DNA of 64,000 bases from Rhodosorus marinus CCMP1338 (Eukaryota; Plantae; Rhodophyta): the NCBI GenBank assembly GCA_029953675.1, contig JAMWBK010000006.1:1488001-1552000 (forward strand). The letters run 5' to 3'. Numbering within the stretch: the first letter of the stretch is position 1; every line of letters begins with the position of its first letter. Below, piece by piece: positions 13,029-23,174 of this stretch. Under the pieces are notes generated by a model. That model did no database searches, was not told where the DNA came from, and saw nothing but the letters and a program-made list of their open reading frames with translations. Both the position numbers and the translations under genes were made by a program.

Positions 13029-14009
13029 TTAGCGCCACAATCTTCTCCACCAGCTCTCGCTTTTTGGGTTCTCAGGCTCGTCTTCTATCGAAGGCAGGGA
13101 GGGCCTGGCCCTACCACCTCCTAGCATCGAGCTGAATGTCCGTTGCTGGTTACTGTTCACATGCGGTTAGTTTCAGAAGATCAGACAATTTTCTCAACTT
13201 GCCGTTTTGAATTTCACGCGTACCTCTCAGACCCATCCGGAAGCTGGCGTGTGACAACCTCGGTCCCTGTAGATGGGTCTCTACGTCGAATTTCCACCTC
13301 TTCTGGTCCGTCGCCATTTCTTGACCGCCTCTCCTCATACATTTGGCCATCCGGTCCATAGTAGCTTTTGCTAGAAAAAGAGTAGGTTTGAGTTGACCCG
13401 CCTTGTCTCCCTTCCTCAGTAAATTCACCGAACGGGATTCCATGGCTTGAGAAAACGTCACGATCATCAGCTCCGGCTGCAAACAAGAAAGGTGTTGTTC
13501 ATCCATCAGCAACAGCAAATCTGATATGAAGCGTGTTCTAGGATGGCTTCCATTCGTACCGAAGAAGCCGTTAAACAACCTGTCAAACATGCCGTCCATT
13601 TCCGCGTTAGGATCATTGCCCCTGCGCGAGAACCCTGAAAACGATTTCTCAATCTCGTCTGTTACATTCGAAGAAGAACGAGAGTATAGCGCAATCACCC
13701 AGTAAGCAAGAAGACCCTCAAAATGTCAAAATCAGGCGCAATCCACGCACACACACACACACACATCCCACTCGCCAAAGGAGGAGAACTCTTACCAAAC
13801 AAGCTCCGGAACCCTCGAGAATCATCCATACCGAAAGGACTCATCCTCCTCTCATATTCCCTCTCCACACGATCATCCCCAGGCAAAATCTCTCTACCCG
13901 TGCGCCTCTCATCTCCCCCCTTCGGAGTCACCTCGGACGTAAACCCATGCGACGGCACCCCACTCGTGTCATCATAGAACTCGATTCCTTCCGTATCTAG
14001 TCCCTCCAT
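13029..14009 (-). CDS. HAX1/MLF-like protein, 222 aa; exons 14009-13796, 13658-13560, 13476-13224, 13131-13029
   Basis: Four phase-consistent GT-AG exons. F/G/D-rich disordered N-half, then TYSFSSKSYYGPDGQMYEERRSRNGDGPEEVEIRRRD, resembling the HAX1 motif (...KPDGIVEERRTV...) and MLF, and an amphipathic end SWWRRLWR. Family call is by eye. Confidence 0.65.
13748..13765. repeat. (CA)9 microsatellite in intron 1 of the HAX1/MLF-like gene
   Basis: cacacacacacacacaca read directly. Confidence 0.9.
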
Positions 14010-15118
14010 CAATTCCTTTCTACAAAACAAAAAACAAAACCACGAAACCCCTAAAATCCCTCCTTAAACCTCTAAAACCTCGTAAAAGGCACCAGAAAAA
14101 AATATATCCCCTTCTCCTTACCCCATTTCCTACCCTCCCTCCCTTTACCTCCCCCTCCCCCACGTTCCTCAGCTCCCACAGCCCTTTCAGCCGTTTATAT
14201 ACACAGCCCGAGAGAAAGCTGGCCAGTTTCCGGAAAAGCGAAAAAAAATTCCGTATTGGTCAAAACAGTATTTTAAGGACAGCTGTCCAGGAAAAGACAT
14301 TAAGTCAAAATATGAATCAATAACGATTGATATCTGACATGGTTTGTGTTTGTGCGAAACTCATTGTGAAACTCATTTGAGCATTGGCATTCCCGAGCTT
14401 GGGCGATATCAGCGCGGGCTTAGGTTGCAAATTCTAGAAGGCTGGAGTGACCCCTACCCTCTAGGAGTAGGCTGATCGTCCCCACCCCCATCGGAATCTT
14501 CTGAATGGTAAGGGTTGTGAGTCTGGTCGGATCTGCAGGTGGTGTTGTATCGTTGGGTGAAGGGACATGGTCAATGGGAGTGGCGTGATAAATGAACTTC
14601 CAGCTCCCTGAACTGGATGAGTTGATATTCTAAATTCAGGGGATATGCGAAAAGTCAAACCCACTCCGAGCGTCTCGAGTCCACCCACCTGCTTTTAAGG
14701 TGACGGGAAATCACAACGGATGCCGTTGGTATCGGTTAGGCTGAGTCTGCTTCTCATGTTTACAGGATCCTCTAGAGCTGTGTCAACCCCATAACTCCGC
14801 AAGCTGCAGTAGCATCATTGATTACTGGCCTGCGCAACCTCAAAAATGATTTGATCGGAATTTGCTTGGAATTTTGTCGGAGTGATTGTAAGAGTCATCT
14901 CTAGATCAGTCAATAAATGGATAGGGATATCAGTTTTTCCGTTTCATGTAGGGATTGTTTTTAAAATTGATTGTTTTGATATATGACGCTTAACCCCGTG
15001 TATGTCAACCCTTGCGTTTTTGCAAAGCTCCTTTCACTGTTATCTACATGTCAATGTGTCCATATACTACATACACTAGGGCTTCGTAAGCTAACTCCTT
15101 TTTGGAAATACAAAACGA

Positions 15119-18100
15119 TTAGATATTCGCTCGTAACTGATCCAAGACCTGGTCTTTCTTGTTTCCGCGTGTTCTGAGCTGAACCCTGATCTCGTGCCGT
15201 GTATCGGCAGGGAGAGGCTCCCGCGGATTTACTCGAATGAGTACGCCAGCAGCTTTCCTGCTTGCTGGTACTCGTCGTATAACCCTGTGGAGCCTCTCGC
15301 CTGTTTCGCGGTCGTGAACTGATGCATAGATGTTTGAGCGTTCGGCTGCTCGGTATTTAACGCGCAGCTCAATCGGTTCTCCCCTTCGCACTGGTGTTAC
15401 AATCGATACAGCCGAGAGCCTATTCCGCGTCACAGATGATACAGATGATGGGACCTCGCTCCTTGGTCGAGCTTGAACGACATGCTTGGCAAACGCCACT
15501 GCTTTGCTTCTGTGTTCACCACGTGGCCTCAGGTCGAGATTGAGTACATGGGGAAGTTCGCGGAGAGCCTCCTTCCCTTTCCTCGGTATAACAACTGAGA
15601 CGCTTCCTTTCCCTTTCCGCACAGGAACGACGAACCCGTCGAGATGATTGTACGGTCCCAGTTGCCTAAAATTCACACGGACATCGGCCGCGAACGGTGC
15701 TGAATATTCCATATCGAACACGAACGTCCCAACAGTTGGAACATGCCTGGGCGCGGAAGCGAACCGCAAGTAGGAATCCAAATTGTTCTCTACATAACGT
15801 GCAACAAATGTCCTCCCATCCCCATCCTCCGATTTGACCGTCTGTACGTGGTCACCACCGTGATCCCATCGATCAAAGTAAAGACCGTTGGCAGTCTCAG
15901 GCGCGAAGACTTGTACTTCAGAGCCAACCACAACCAGCTGTTGATATGGAGCTGGAGCACTATATCCATTGAGTGCCAATTGAATCCCTGGGGGATCAGA
16001 CTCGAATCTGAAAGGTACCTTTCTCGTCCCTATATATCTCTCCGTAGTGCCAATCTGGCCGTCGTAGTCGACTATGAGCCTCAGTTGGTACGCAAAGTTG
16101 TCCAAATGATCCAGCGCATCAACGGAACCGCTCATTTGGCCTCGGAATGAATACTCGATGTGATCATGACATTCGTTATCGTCATTGTAGACGCAGTGAA
16201 GAATCATGTACTCCCACCGAAACGCGGACTCTGGCACGACGTCTCCGTTAGACAGTGTCGCTCGCCCACTGAAATTGATCGTTTCTCCAACCGCCACCAG
16301 CCTTCCTTCTGCTGGCTCGAGGATCTCTGCGTTGATTGTGTAGCCATTCTCCTCAGTGGTGAAGACCACCCTGTAGTTCTCCTCCATCAAGTTTCCAGCG
16401 ATATCTCTAATGCCTCCAGCTCCGCCTTCGATGACAACGGCATACTGAGTTCCATGGTCAAATTCCGCGGTAATCCTCAATCCCAGTCCCGCAGAGTATG
16501 TGTAGTCAAAGGGCAATCTGTCCCCACCAATGGCACGAATATAGACGCCCCCTGCGATCGTGCTAGGATCCAATGGCTCCGAAAGCGTCACAAGGACAGG
16601 CGTGGTGATTGGCACATCCGTGCTCCCAGAGGCAGGAGTGACCGACTCCACCGTCGGTGGCGTCTGGTCTACAGCACCACCAGTTGTTTGAAACTCCCAA
16701 TTGAGATTACCTGGTTGGGTGTTCCCGTCCAAGTCTCTAATTCCATCTGCGCCTCCCTGAACGACCACTCTGAACCGACTGTTGCTAGGCAACGGTGTCG
16801 ATGGTTCTACTCTGAACGTGCGTGAGGCGAACGATAGTGAAACCTCAGCTGGAATCACCCCGCCTCCGCCAACATTAACGAGTTGGATTCTACCGGCGAC
16901 TTCGGCAACAGTCTTTGAGAACCTTCCGGATATGGTCAACCCGTCCTCGGCACTAACCGCTTCTCCCGGCGGAGGGAACTGCTGATCAAGAGTGATGGGG
17001 CTGTCATCCCTTGTATACGTGCACCTCGCCAGATCACCAATTCCACGCACGTTAATCCAGTAGAGGGAGTTATCAGGCCCAACCTTGAATTGAACTGGCG
17101 ATTCAAGGATGTCGATCCTCTCAAGATCCTGCACTCGCTCGTCTTGCTCATTCAGCCGCAAGAATCCGATCCAGCGTCTAGCCTGATCCGCGTAGATCAC
17201 CACGTTCCTATACCTGAAAGGCCAACCTGGGATATCGATCTTGCCACCCACCATCGAGGAACTTGTACCCTCACCATGGTCCCACCAAACGACTGGTCGC
17301 TCATGCTCGCTATCAGGCAGTCTCCTGCACTCTGCATCGTTTTGGTATTCGTGTCTTCTGAGCGTCGATTCCCAGCATGGCCAGCCCATATTCCTACCGC
17401 GCTTGATGACCGACATTTCCTCTTGGGTCAGCCACTGGGTGTCACCGGCGTACACGTGGTCCTCATTGTCCGGGTTAACGTGTAGTTTGAACACATTTCG
17501 TATTCCAAAGGCGTACATCTTGGAGTCCCTTGAGTTAACATCTCCGTTGTACCAAGGATTCGTTGGCAGGCCGCGTCCTTCTTGGTCGATGAGCAAAATC
17601 TTGCCGTTGTACGTCCCAAACTGCTGTGATCGAAGCGCCACTGGGCTGATAATTGCAATCGCTCCATCGCCAACAGCGACGTAGATTGTACCATCCGATC
17701 GAAACGTTAGTGCTCCGCCCACGTGACTCTTCCCTTCCGCGCCAATGCAGTCGGAGTCCGGACCAAAGGCCGCACATCCAGACCCGTTCAGACTCCCAAG
17801 GATCGTCCTGCGAGTTCCGACCTGCTCGTGCAATCCATTCGGGGCTATCCTAACCTTCATGACTCGGGAGGTCTTCTGTCCTTCGTAAGCTGCAGGTCTG
17901 GTGTCGTGTTCGAAAACCAGGAAGAAGTAGACCCAAGGGTTTTCGGCATAGTCAGGTGGAATAGCAATGCTCATTAGGCCACGATCGTGGAACGTATTGA
18001 TCATCAGGGAGACATCAATGAATGGTGTGTCCCGAAGACGACGATTCTCCACAGTATGTACGATACCGTAGTTTTCCGCTACAATCAGGGTTCCGTCCGG

Positions 18101-18724
18101 AAGAAACAAAAAGTCAACAGGTCGATTGATTGGGTCCAAAACCCATCGCTCTGTTCTAAACCCAGTAGGCCATGTGGGTGACAGAACAGGACGTTCTGCG
18201 CGGTTCTCCAGGCTCGGACGGTCGGATTCAGTCATGTCCGTAGTAGTCTCCCAGACCATCTGATCGGTCTCGCTGTGAAAGCAACCCCTTCTCTGGTCCT
18301 TGGCCATTTGATGCATCTTTAGGATATCTTGATCAGTTTCGTCTTCGGTAGGAAAGCATAGTCCCTCTTGAATAAGCCTATGGGCTAGAGGCTCCCCAGT
18401 TCTATCGTATGCCCTCCTAATGCACCCTTTTGGGTGGTGCATAATACGGTCATGCTCCGGTTCATCCAAATATACGCCTGCAGAGTGCACCAGGGAATGA
18501 AGCCGCATCCTTGCAGCGTGTCCACATGGCGAATTTCGGTCGGGAGCAGTCCATCCTAGCAACTGTATGAACTCCCTGTCGGTTTCGTTGTACTGATCAT
18601 TTCTCACCAGAATACTACCTGAGAACGCGTCGAAGTTCCTCGGTGCTGGGTAAAGTGCGAGCGCTGTTGACAGCCAGCAAGCGAGCGCGGCGAATGCGAT
18701 GTACAAATACACTTTTCCACACAT
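15119..18724 (-). CDS. Secreted multidomain GSDH/PQQ-type sugar dehydrogenase-like protein, paralogue 1 (1201 aa, intronless)
   Basis: Signal peptide MCGKVYLYIAFAALACWLSTALA (ATG 18724; upstream track start is TTG). SNase-like segment IQLLGWTAPD...PCGHAARMRL...RRGCF. Propeller motifs DRGLMSIA, SHVGGALTFRSDGTIYVAVGD, YAFGIRNV, GRNMGWPCWE. Two Big_5-like Ig domains (DQTPPTVESVTP...LSEPLD...DIAGN), a PKD-like domain, one SDPPG repeat and two LRPRG-type C-terminal modules. Confidence 0.9.
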   Translation of the reverse strand: MCGKVYLYIAFAALACWLSTALALYPAPRNFDAFSGSILVRNDQYNETDREFIQLLGWTAPDRNSPCGHAARMRLHSLVHSAGVYLDEPEHDRIMHHPKGCIRRAYDRTGEPLAHRLIQEGLCFPTEDETDQDILKMHQMAKDQRRGCFHSETDQMVWETTTDMTESDRPSLENRAERPVLSPTWPTGFRTERWVLDPINRPVDFLFLPDGTLIVAENYGIVHTVENRRLRDTPFIDVSLMINTFHDRGLMSIAIPPDYAENPWVYFFLVFEHDTRPAAYEGQKTSRVMKVRIAPNGLHEQVGTRRTILGSLNGSGCAAFGPDSDCIGAEGKSHVGGALTFRSDGTIYVAVGDGAIAIISPVALRSQQFGTYNGKILLIDQEGRGLPTNPWYNGDVNSRDSKMYAFGIRNVFKLHVNPDNEDHVYAGDTQWLTQEEMSVIKRGRNMGWPCWESTLRRHEYQNDAECRRLPDSEHERPVVWWDHGEGTSSSMVGGKIDIPGWPFRYRNVVIYADQARRWIGFLRLNEQDERVQDLERIDILESPVQFKVGPDNSLYWINVRGIGDLARCTYTRDDSPITLDQQFPPPGEAVSAEDGLTISGRFSKTVAEVAGRIQLVNVGGGGVIPAEVSLSFASRTFRVEPSTPLPSNSRFRVVVQGGADGIRDLDGNTQPGNLNWEFQTTGGAVDQTPPTVESVTPASGSTDVPITTPVLVTLSEPLDPSTIAGGVYIRAIGGDRLPFDYTYSAGLGLRITAEFDHGTQYAVVIEGGAGGIRDIAGNLMEENYRVVFTTEENGYTINAEILEPAEGRLVAVGETINFSGRATLSNGDVVPESAFRWEYMILHCVYNDDNECHDHIEYSFRGQMSGSVDALDHLDNFAYQLRLIVDYDGQIGTTERYIGTRKVPFRFESDPPGIQLALNGYSAPAPYQQLVVVGSEVQVFAPETANGLYFDRWDHGGDHVQTVKSEDGDGRTFVARYVENNLDSYLRFASAPRHVPTVGTFVFDMEYSAPFAADVRVNFRQLGPYNHLDGFVVPVRKGKGSVSVVIPRKGKEALRELPHVLNLDLRPRGEHRSKAVAFAKHVVQARPRSEVPSSVSSVTRNRLSAVSIVTPVRRGEPIELRVKYRAAERSNIYASVHDRETGERLHRVIRRVPASRKAAGVLIRVNPREPLPADTRHEIRVQLRTRGNKKDQVLDQLRANI

Positions 18725-21700
18725 AGTTAGTCCGGTATTCCCTCCTCCGTCCTCGAAAACAGATCCCTCTTCCAACGCTGCACCTTCTACAACAGTTGCT
18801 TTTCGCTTGGCCACCCACAAAAGCCCTCACGACGTTCCGTCAAATACCTCAACAGAGGATGATGTGCTGCGGTAACTACTTGTATTTCTCTTACTGCCCC
18901 AGTCTGACTCGTTCAAAACAAAATCAAACCCTCTTCGCTGACAACGTCCATTGCGAAGATATTCGCTACCCACGGTATAAAGTTGTTGATTCTCTGGATA
19001 GCAATTCGTCACGGTCTGGTGTATGGGAGCTTATGTTAACTGCAACAACGAAATTTCAGAAACGTCTAATTGCAACCCCGCGCCAGAGCTTTCCTCGGCG
19101 TGTATCCCATGTGCAAGCAGAATTCCGCAGACGAGGATGTATCAGTTTGCCTATAGATTTTGTCTCGTGACCCCTATGGAAACGTTCGTGGATGATCACT
19201 GGGGCAATTCGCGACTGATTTCGTTTTGAAACAATTAAGCGCGAGCCGTATCACTGGTCAATCCCCTCCGCTAAATTTGGAAAAGAAAAGCCTCTTCTGT
19301 TCAACACCCCGGAGTAGACGTACAACGATGAAAAAAAGCCAAGGGGTTGATATTTGGTGGAACAAAAACCCCCCAAGAAATCCCTAGGGATTCTGTTTCA
19401 CTCAGTGCCGAGACCAGAGCCACCGTTTGCTCACAAACGCTGAACTCTAGTGGGTAAAAGAATCCGATTTTCCCAGGAGACCCATGGGAAGAGGGGGGGT
19501 AGTAGAGACTTCCCAAGGCAGGGTTTTAGGCTCACAAATCCTTCAAAATTGAGACAATGTAGAAAAGGAACAAAACTCCACCAGCGGAAGAGCATTCAGA
19601 GGGAGGTTCTCTCGCTTGCTCTAAATCTCACACACACACCCCCTAAGTCCGCGAGTCCTGATTTTCATTCAGCATTTTCCGATCTGGCTTTCCGACCGAG
19701 GGAGTCGATACATATCAGGGTCTTCATTTTTCTTAATTGAACGGACGTTACCAGCTCAAGCTCACTCCGACTGCTGCTGAACCCCATACACCCTTCCTAA
19801 CCACGACAATAAACCCAATGTCCGGATGAAAAACCATCCCACAAACAACAAAAAAAATAAATCCCGCAACATCCATCCGCTCTCAAGATATCTAACTTTC
19901 AATATAATTTGACCACTTCCTGACTGTTCCTAATGTATCAGAAACGCAGGAAAGCTCGGAAGGTCAATGGATTCGGCCAGTACCGCATTTTTAATGGGTA
20001 GGGGGTGGGGTTAGGGGGAGCGAAACCGAAAAAATGATCAATATCCTGACCAACAAATGGGACAGAATAAGTGATTGGAAGTTAAGAAATCTTCCATTTG
20101 AGTATACATTATTCGATAATACATGCAGTTTTGATAGGTATTGATTGTACTTAACAATAATAACTCCTTATGATTGGTTATTGTTGATAATGATTGGATT
20201 AGTCTAAATTATTAATTAATACAATTTTGTCCCGTTTACAATAGGAGTTGCTCAATCACCTCACCACCTCCCCTAACACCCACCCCCCAACAACCCCTAC
20301 CATTTTTCGAATAATTATTGTTTCAGCTGCAAAAAAAAGAGGATACGTGCAGCGATTCCTGCCCCCTCCCAGACCCTGAACACCCAACACAAGGAAAACA
20401 GTAAATCTATTTTCATAAGACGTTAAAATATATTTTTTTTGGTCGGAATCTTCGTTTGTATTGTCAGTATTTCGTGTGTATGTTTTTTTTTGTTTTTTTT
20501 TCGTGTTCTGTCTTTGGTCGGGGTTTTATTATTAATATTCTTCTTTTTGGGTGTTTATTAGTTCTTGGAAAATATATGTTAAAAAGGTCTATTTTTGACA
20601 AATGGGGTGTGAATTGAGCGTTTTATCCTCCCAATTCGGATTTGAGGTGTTCGTTGGCGGTTTGTTGTTTTATATGATGGTTTATCGGGTAGAAATTTAA
20701 CTCGTTCTTAGTTTTGGGTTTGTGAAAGTATTCAATATATATGGTATAGAGCATGTTTGGTGATTTATCGATAAATAATTTATAATATACATGGGTGATA
20801 ATTGAGAGGTATGTGTTGTGAATTCTTCCGGTTCGTGAAGGAAGAATGCTGATTTTTCAGCGTGGGCAGCTTGTTTTTCTTTGGTTTGGTGGTGGGTTCC
20901 GGGACGTTTGTGATCATAAAAAACTTCCAAGTGCTGGAATTCGAGAGGGGGCTACTGAGAGTCAGTGACTTGAGTCAAGGGATGAATCTGGCTTGAGCTT
21001 GCAAGGGAGAAATGGAACGGTTTAGGGTGCGGTAAAACCCTCCGCGGTGCTAAGCGGTAAACACTGATTGACCTCTTTGACCTCCGAGCGCTCCAGTCGA
21101 CAGTTGCTCAACGATGAAGCCAATGAAAATGAGGTTTCGGTGAAAAGGAGTGGACGAGGTGAGGACCTTGCGAGAATTTCCCTCTCGAATACATTAAATT
21201 GACCGTCATGAGATGACCTGGGGATTCTCGTTTGGCCAATTGAAGATCCTCTCCTGGATCCGATGAAATTTTATGATTGCTTCTCTAACGAAAATTGGCT
21301 CCGGGGAGATAGGGTCCCCCATTCTATTGGTTTCATCGCTGGGAGCGGCACAAGGTCAATCACTTCTGCACGCTGAATTCCTCTCTCCGACGGGGCTGAC
21401 CTCCTGCTCCATGTGGTCAACAACCACACGAATGCTTCCCCTGGACAATAGGACCAGAGTTCACCTAAGATCAGAGCTCTCCATGGCCCCCCCCGAAAGG
21501 TTACTAACACTGAAAACAAACAAGTTTACGCTGCACGAGGAATAGTCCGTCCCAATCTAAGGTACGCCTGTGAACGTCTTCCTTGGAGATTAGGAAACAA
21601 AACGCCGGTTGACCCTGTAAGTCAAGCAGGCAACCCCGTCATTCTCTCATCTCTCATCCTCTCTCAAAGCTCAATTGAATTATAAATACAATTAGACGAG

Positions 21701-23174
21701 ATCAAAACGAGGATGGAAGTTTTTATCTAATTTACAGACCAGAACAAATTCAGTGCATAACCCTTTTTCATTTTTTATTTTATTTTGAATCCTAGGAAAC
21801 GTGGAGAACGAATAGCTCTCTTTGTGACACGGAGTGGTCGATTTAACCAATAGATGTTGAACTATAAGCTATTGTTTTTTGAATATTTACCACCAACGGG
21901 ATATATTCGTTTATTTTAAAAACAAATAGATGGAGCGGAAATATGCTTCTTGTTTGGTAATTTAACTAGAGCTGAATTCGCTTTCATGCTCAAAAAGAAA
22001 ATGTGGTCTAAACTAAACGCAAAACATTAATATTAGAAAAAGGTGCAAAAAAGGATCCTCAAACGTTCGAGCAACTGATTGCACATGAGGAAGTTGGTTC
22101 TGGCAGGTGTTCTTCTTATGGTTTGGATGAAGAAGCCATGCACGTTTGCGCAGAGCACCTACGGTGTTGCCAACCTGAACCCGAAAGATTGGCAACCAGC
22201 GGAAAGTCCATAGGGATATCAACTTGTTATGTTTTGGCCTTCATAGTTTATGTCCTTCAGATCAACAGCTCCTATTAGCACAACAACTTTTTGACAGATA
22301 AAGATCGAGAGAGTGAAACAGGTATAAATTCAACTGCGGGAATTCGGTGCGTCATGGAGAGGATATAGCTCGCGATAGTCCACCACGACTGACGTCCTTT
22401 TTCGGTTTAAAGTGGCAGGAAAGGTTTCATTTTCGACCGAACTTAGGAGCGCTTGAAGCTCCTTTTTATCCTTCTCTTCTCGTTGAATTTGATCGATCTC
22501 TTGTAGAGTTAAACTGGCGATTCTAACCCTTCTGTCTTGCGCGACCAAGGGGAAGCTGGTAGAATAGATATCGTACGTAAAGAAAGACAGTGTTAGTAGA
22601 CACCAGGATGGAGAAATCAATTTTCAATAGGCCACACGCCAGCAGCGTGAATCCTCTTTTGTGGCGCTGAGCGCTTCTGGTTCGGAGCTGTTTGCCATTG
22701 CAACGAAGGACGTATTCTCTATGTTCACGGAGCATGGAAAGTATAAGGAGCTCCCGCAGACATAGTGGATACCTCCCTAGCCTCCCATTGCGGCCGAAAA
22801 AAAAACCGACTGATCAAGAGTGTGTGTAGGGCTGGGTTCGGAAATCTCGCACGTCGAGGTTCCGGAGTTTCAAACGTAGTCTTCTTGAAGATATAGCACG
22901 CTTTTTGAGGGTTGAGGTTACTGACTACTGCTGTTAGCTTTGGTGCTTTGGTACTACGGCCTGGACCCAGTGTGAAGGAAGCAAGCTCTTGAAGCGGGGC
23001 AGAGCAGGGGTAAAGGGTCAATTCGAAAGATCCTCTAAGAGATGTATCCTTCGATGTTAAGCTTCCTCTTGCTCTGCTTGAAACTGCAAGCTCGACATAG
23101 TAGGTCCTGCAGAGTTCAACTAGCTTGTTGTTGTATACCGACTTGTTCGTTTTATCTCCCTTTTGAACACGTCT

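Noticed and set aside
14400-14630. Minus-strand segment NDTTPPADPTRLT resembling a bacterial Ig/FN3 start, i.e. a possible relic fourth paralogue
   Set aside because: Match limited to a few residues; the flanks do not resemble the three paralogues.
18725-18820. 32-codon N-terminal extension of paralogue 1 given by the ORF track
   Set aside because: It starts at TTG, whereas ATG 18724 directly precedes a signal peptide as in the other paralogues. The same applies to the GTG start at 2032 for the bZIP.
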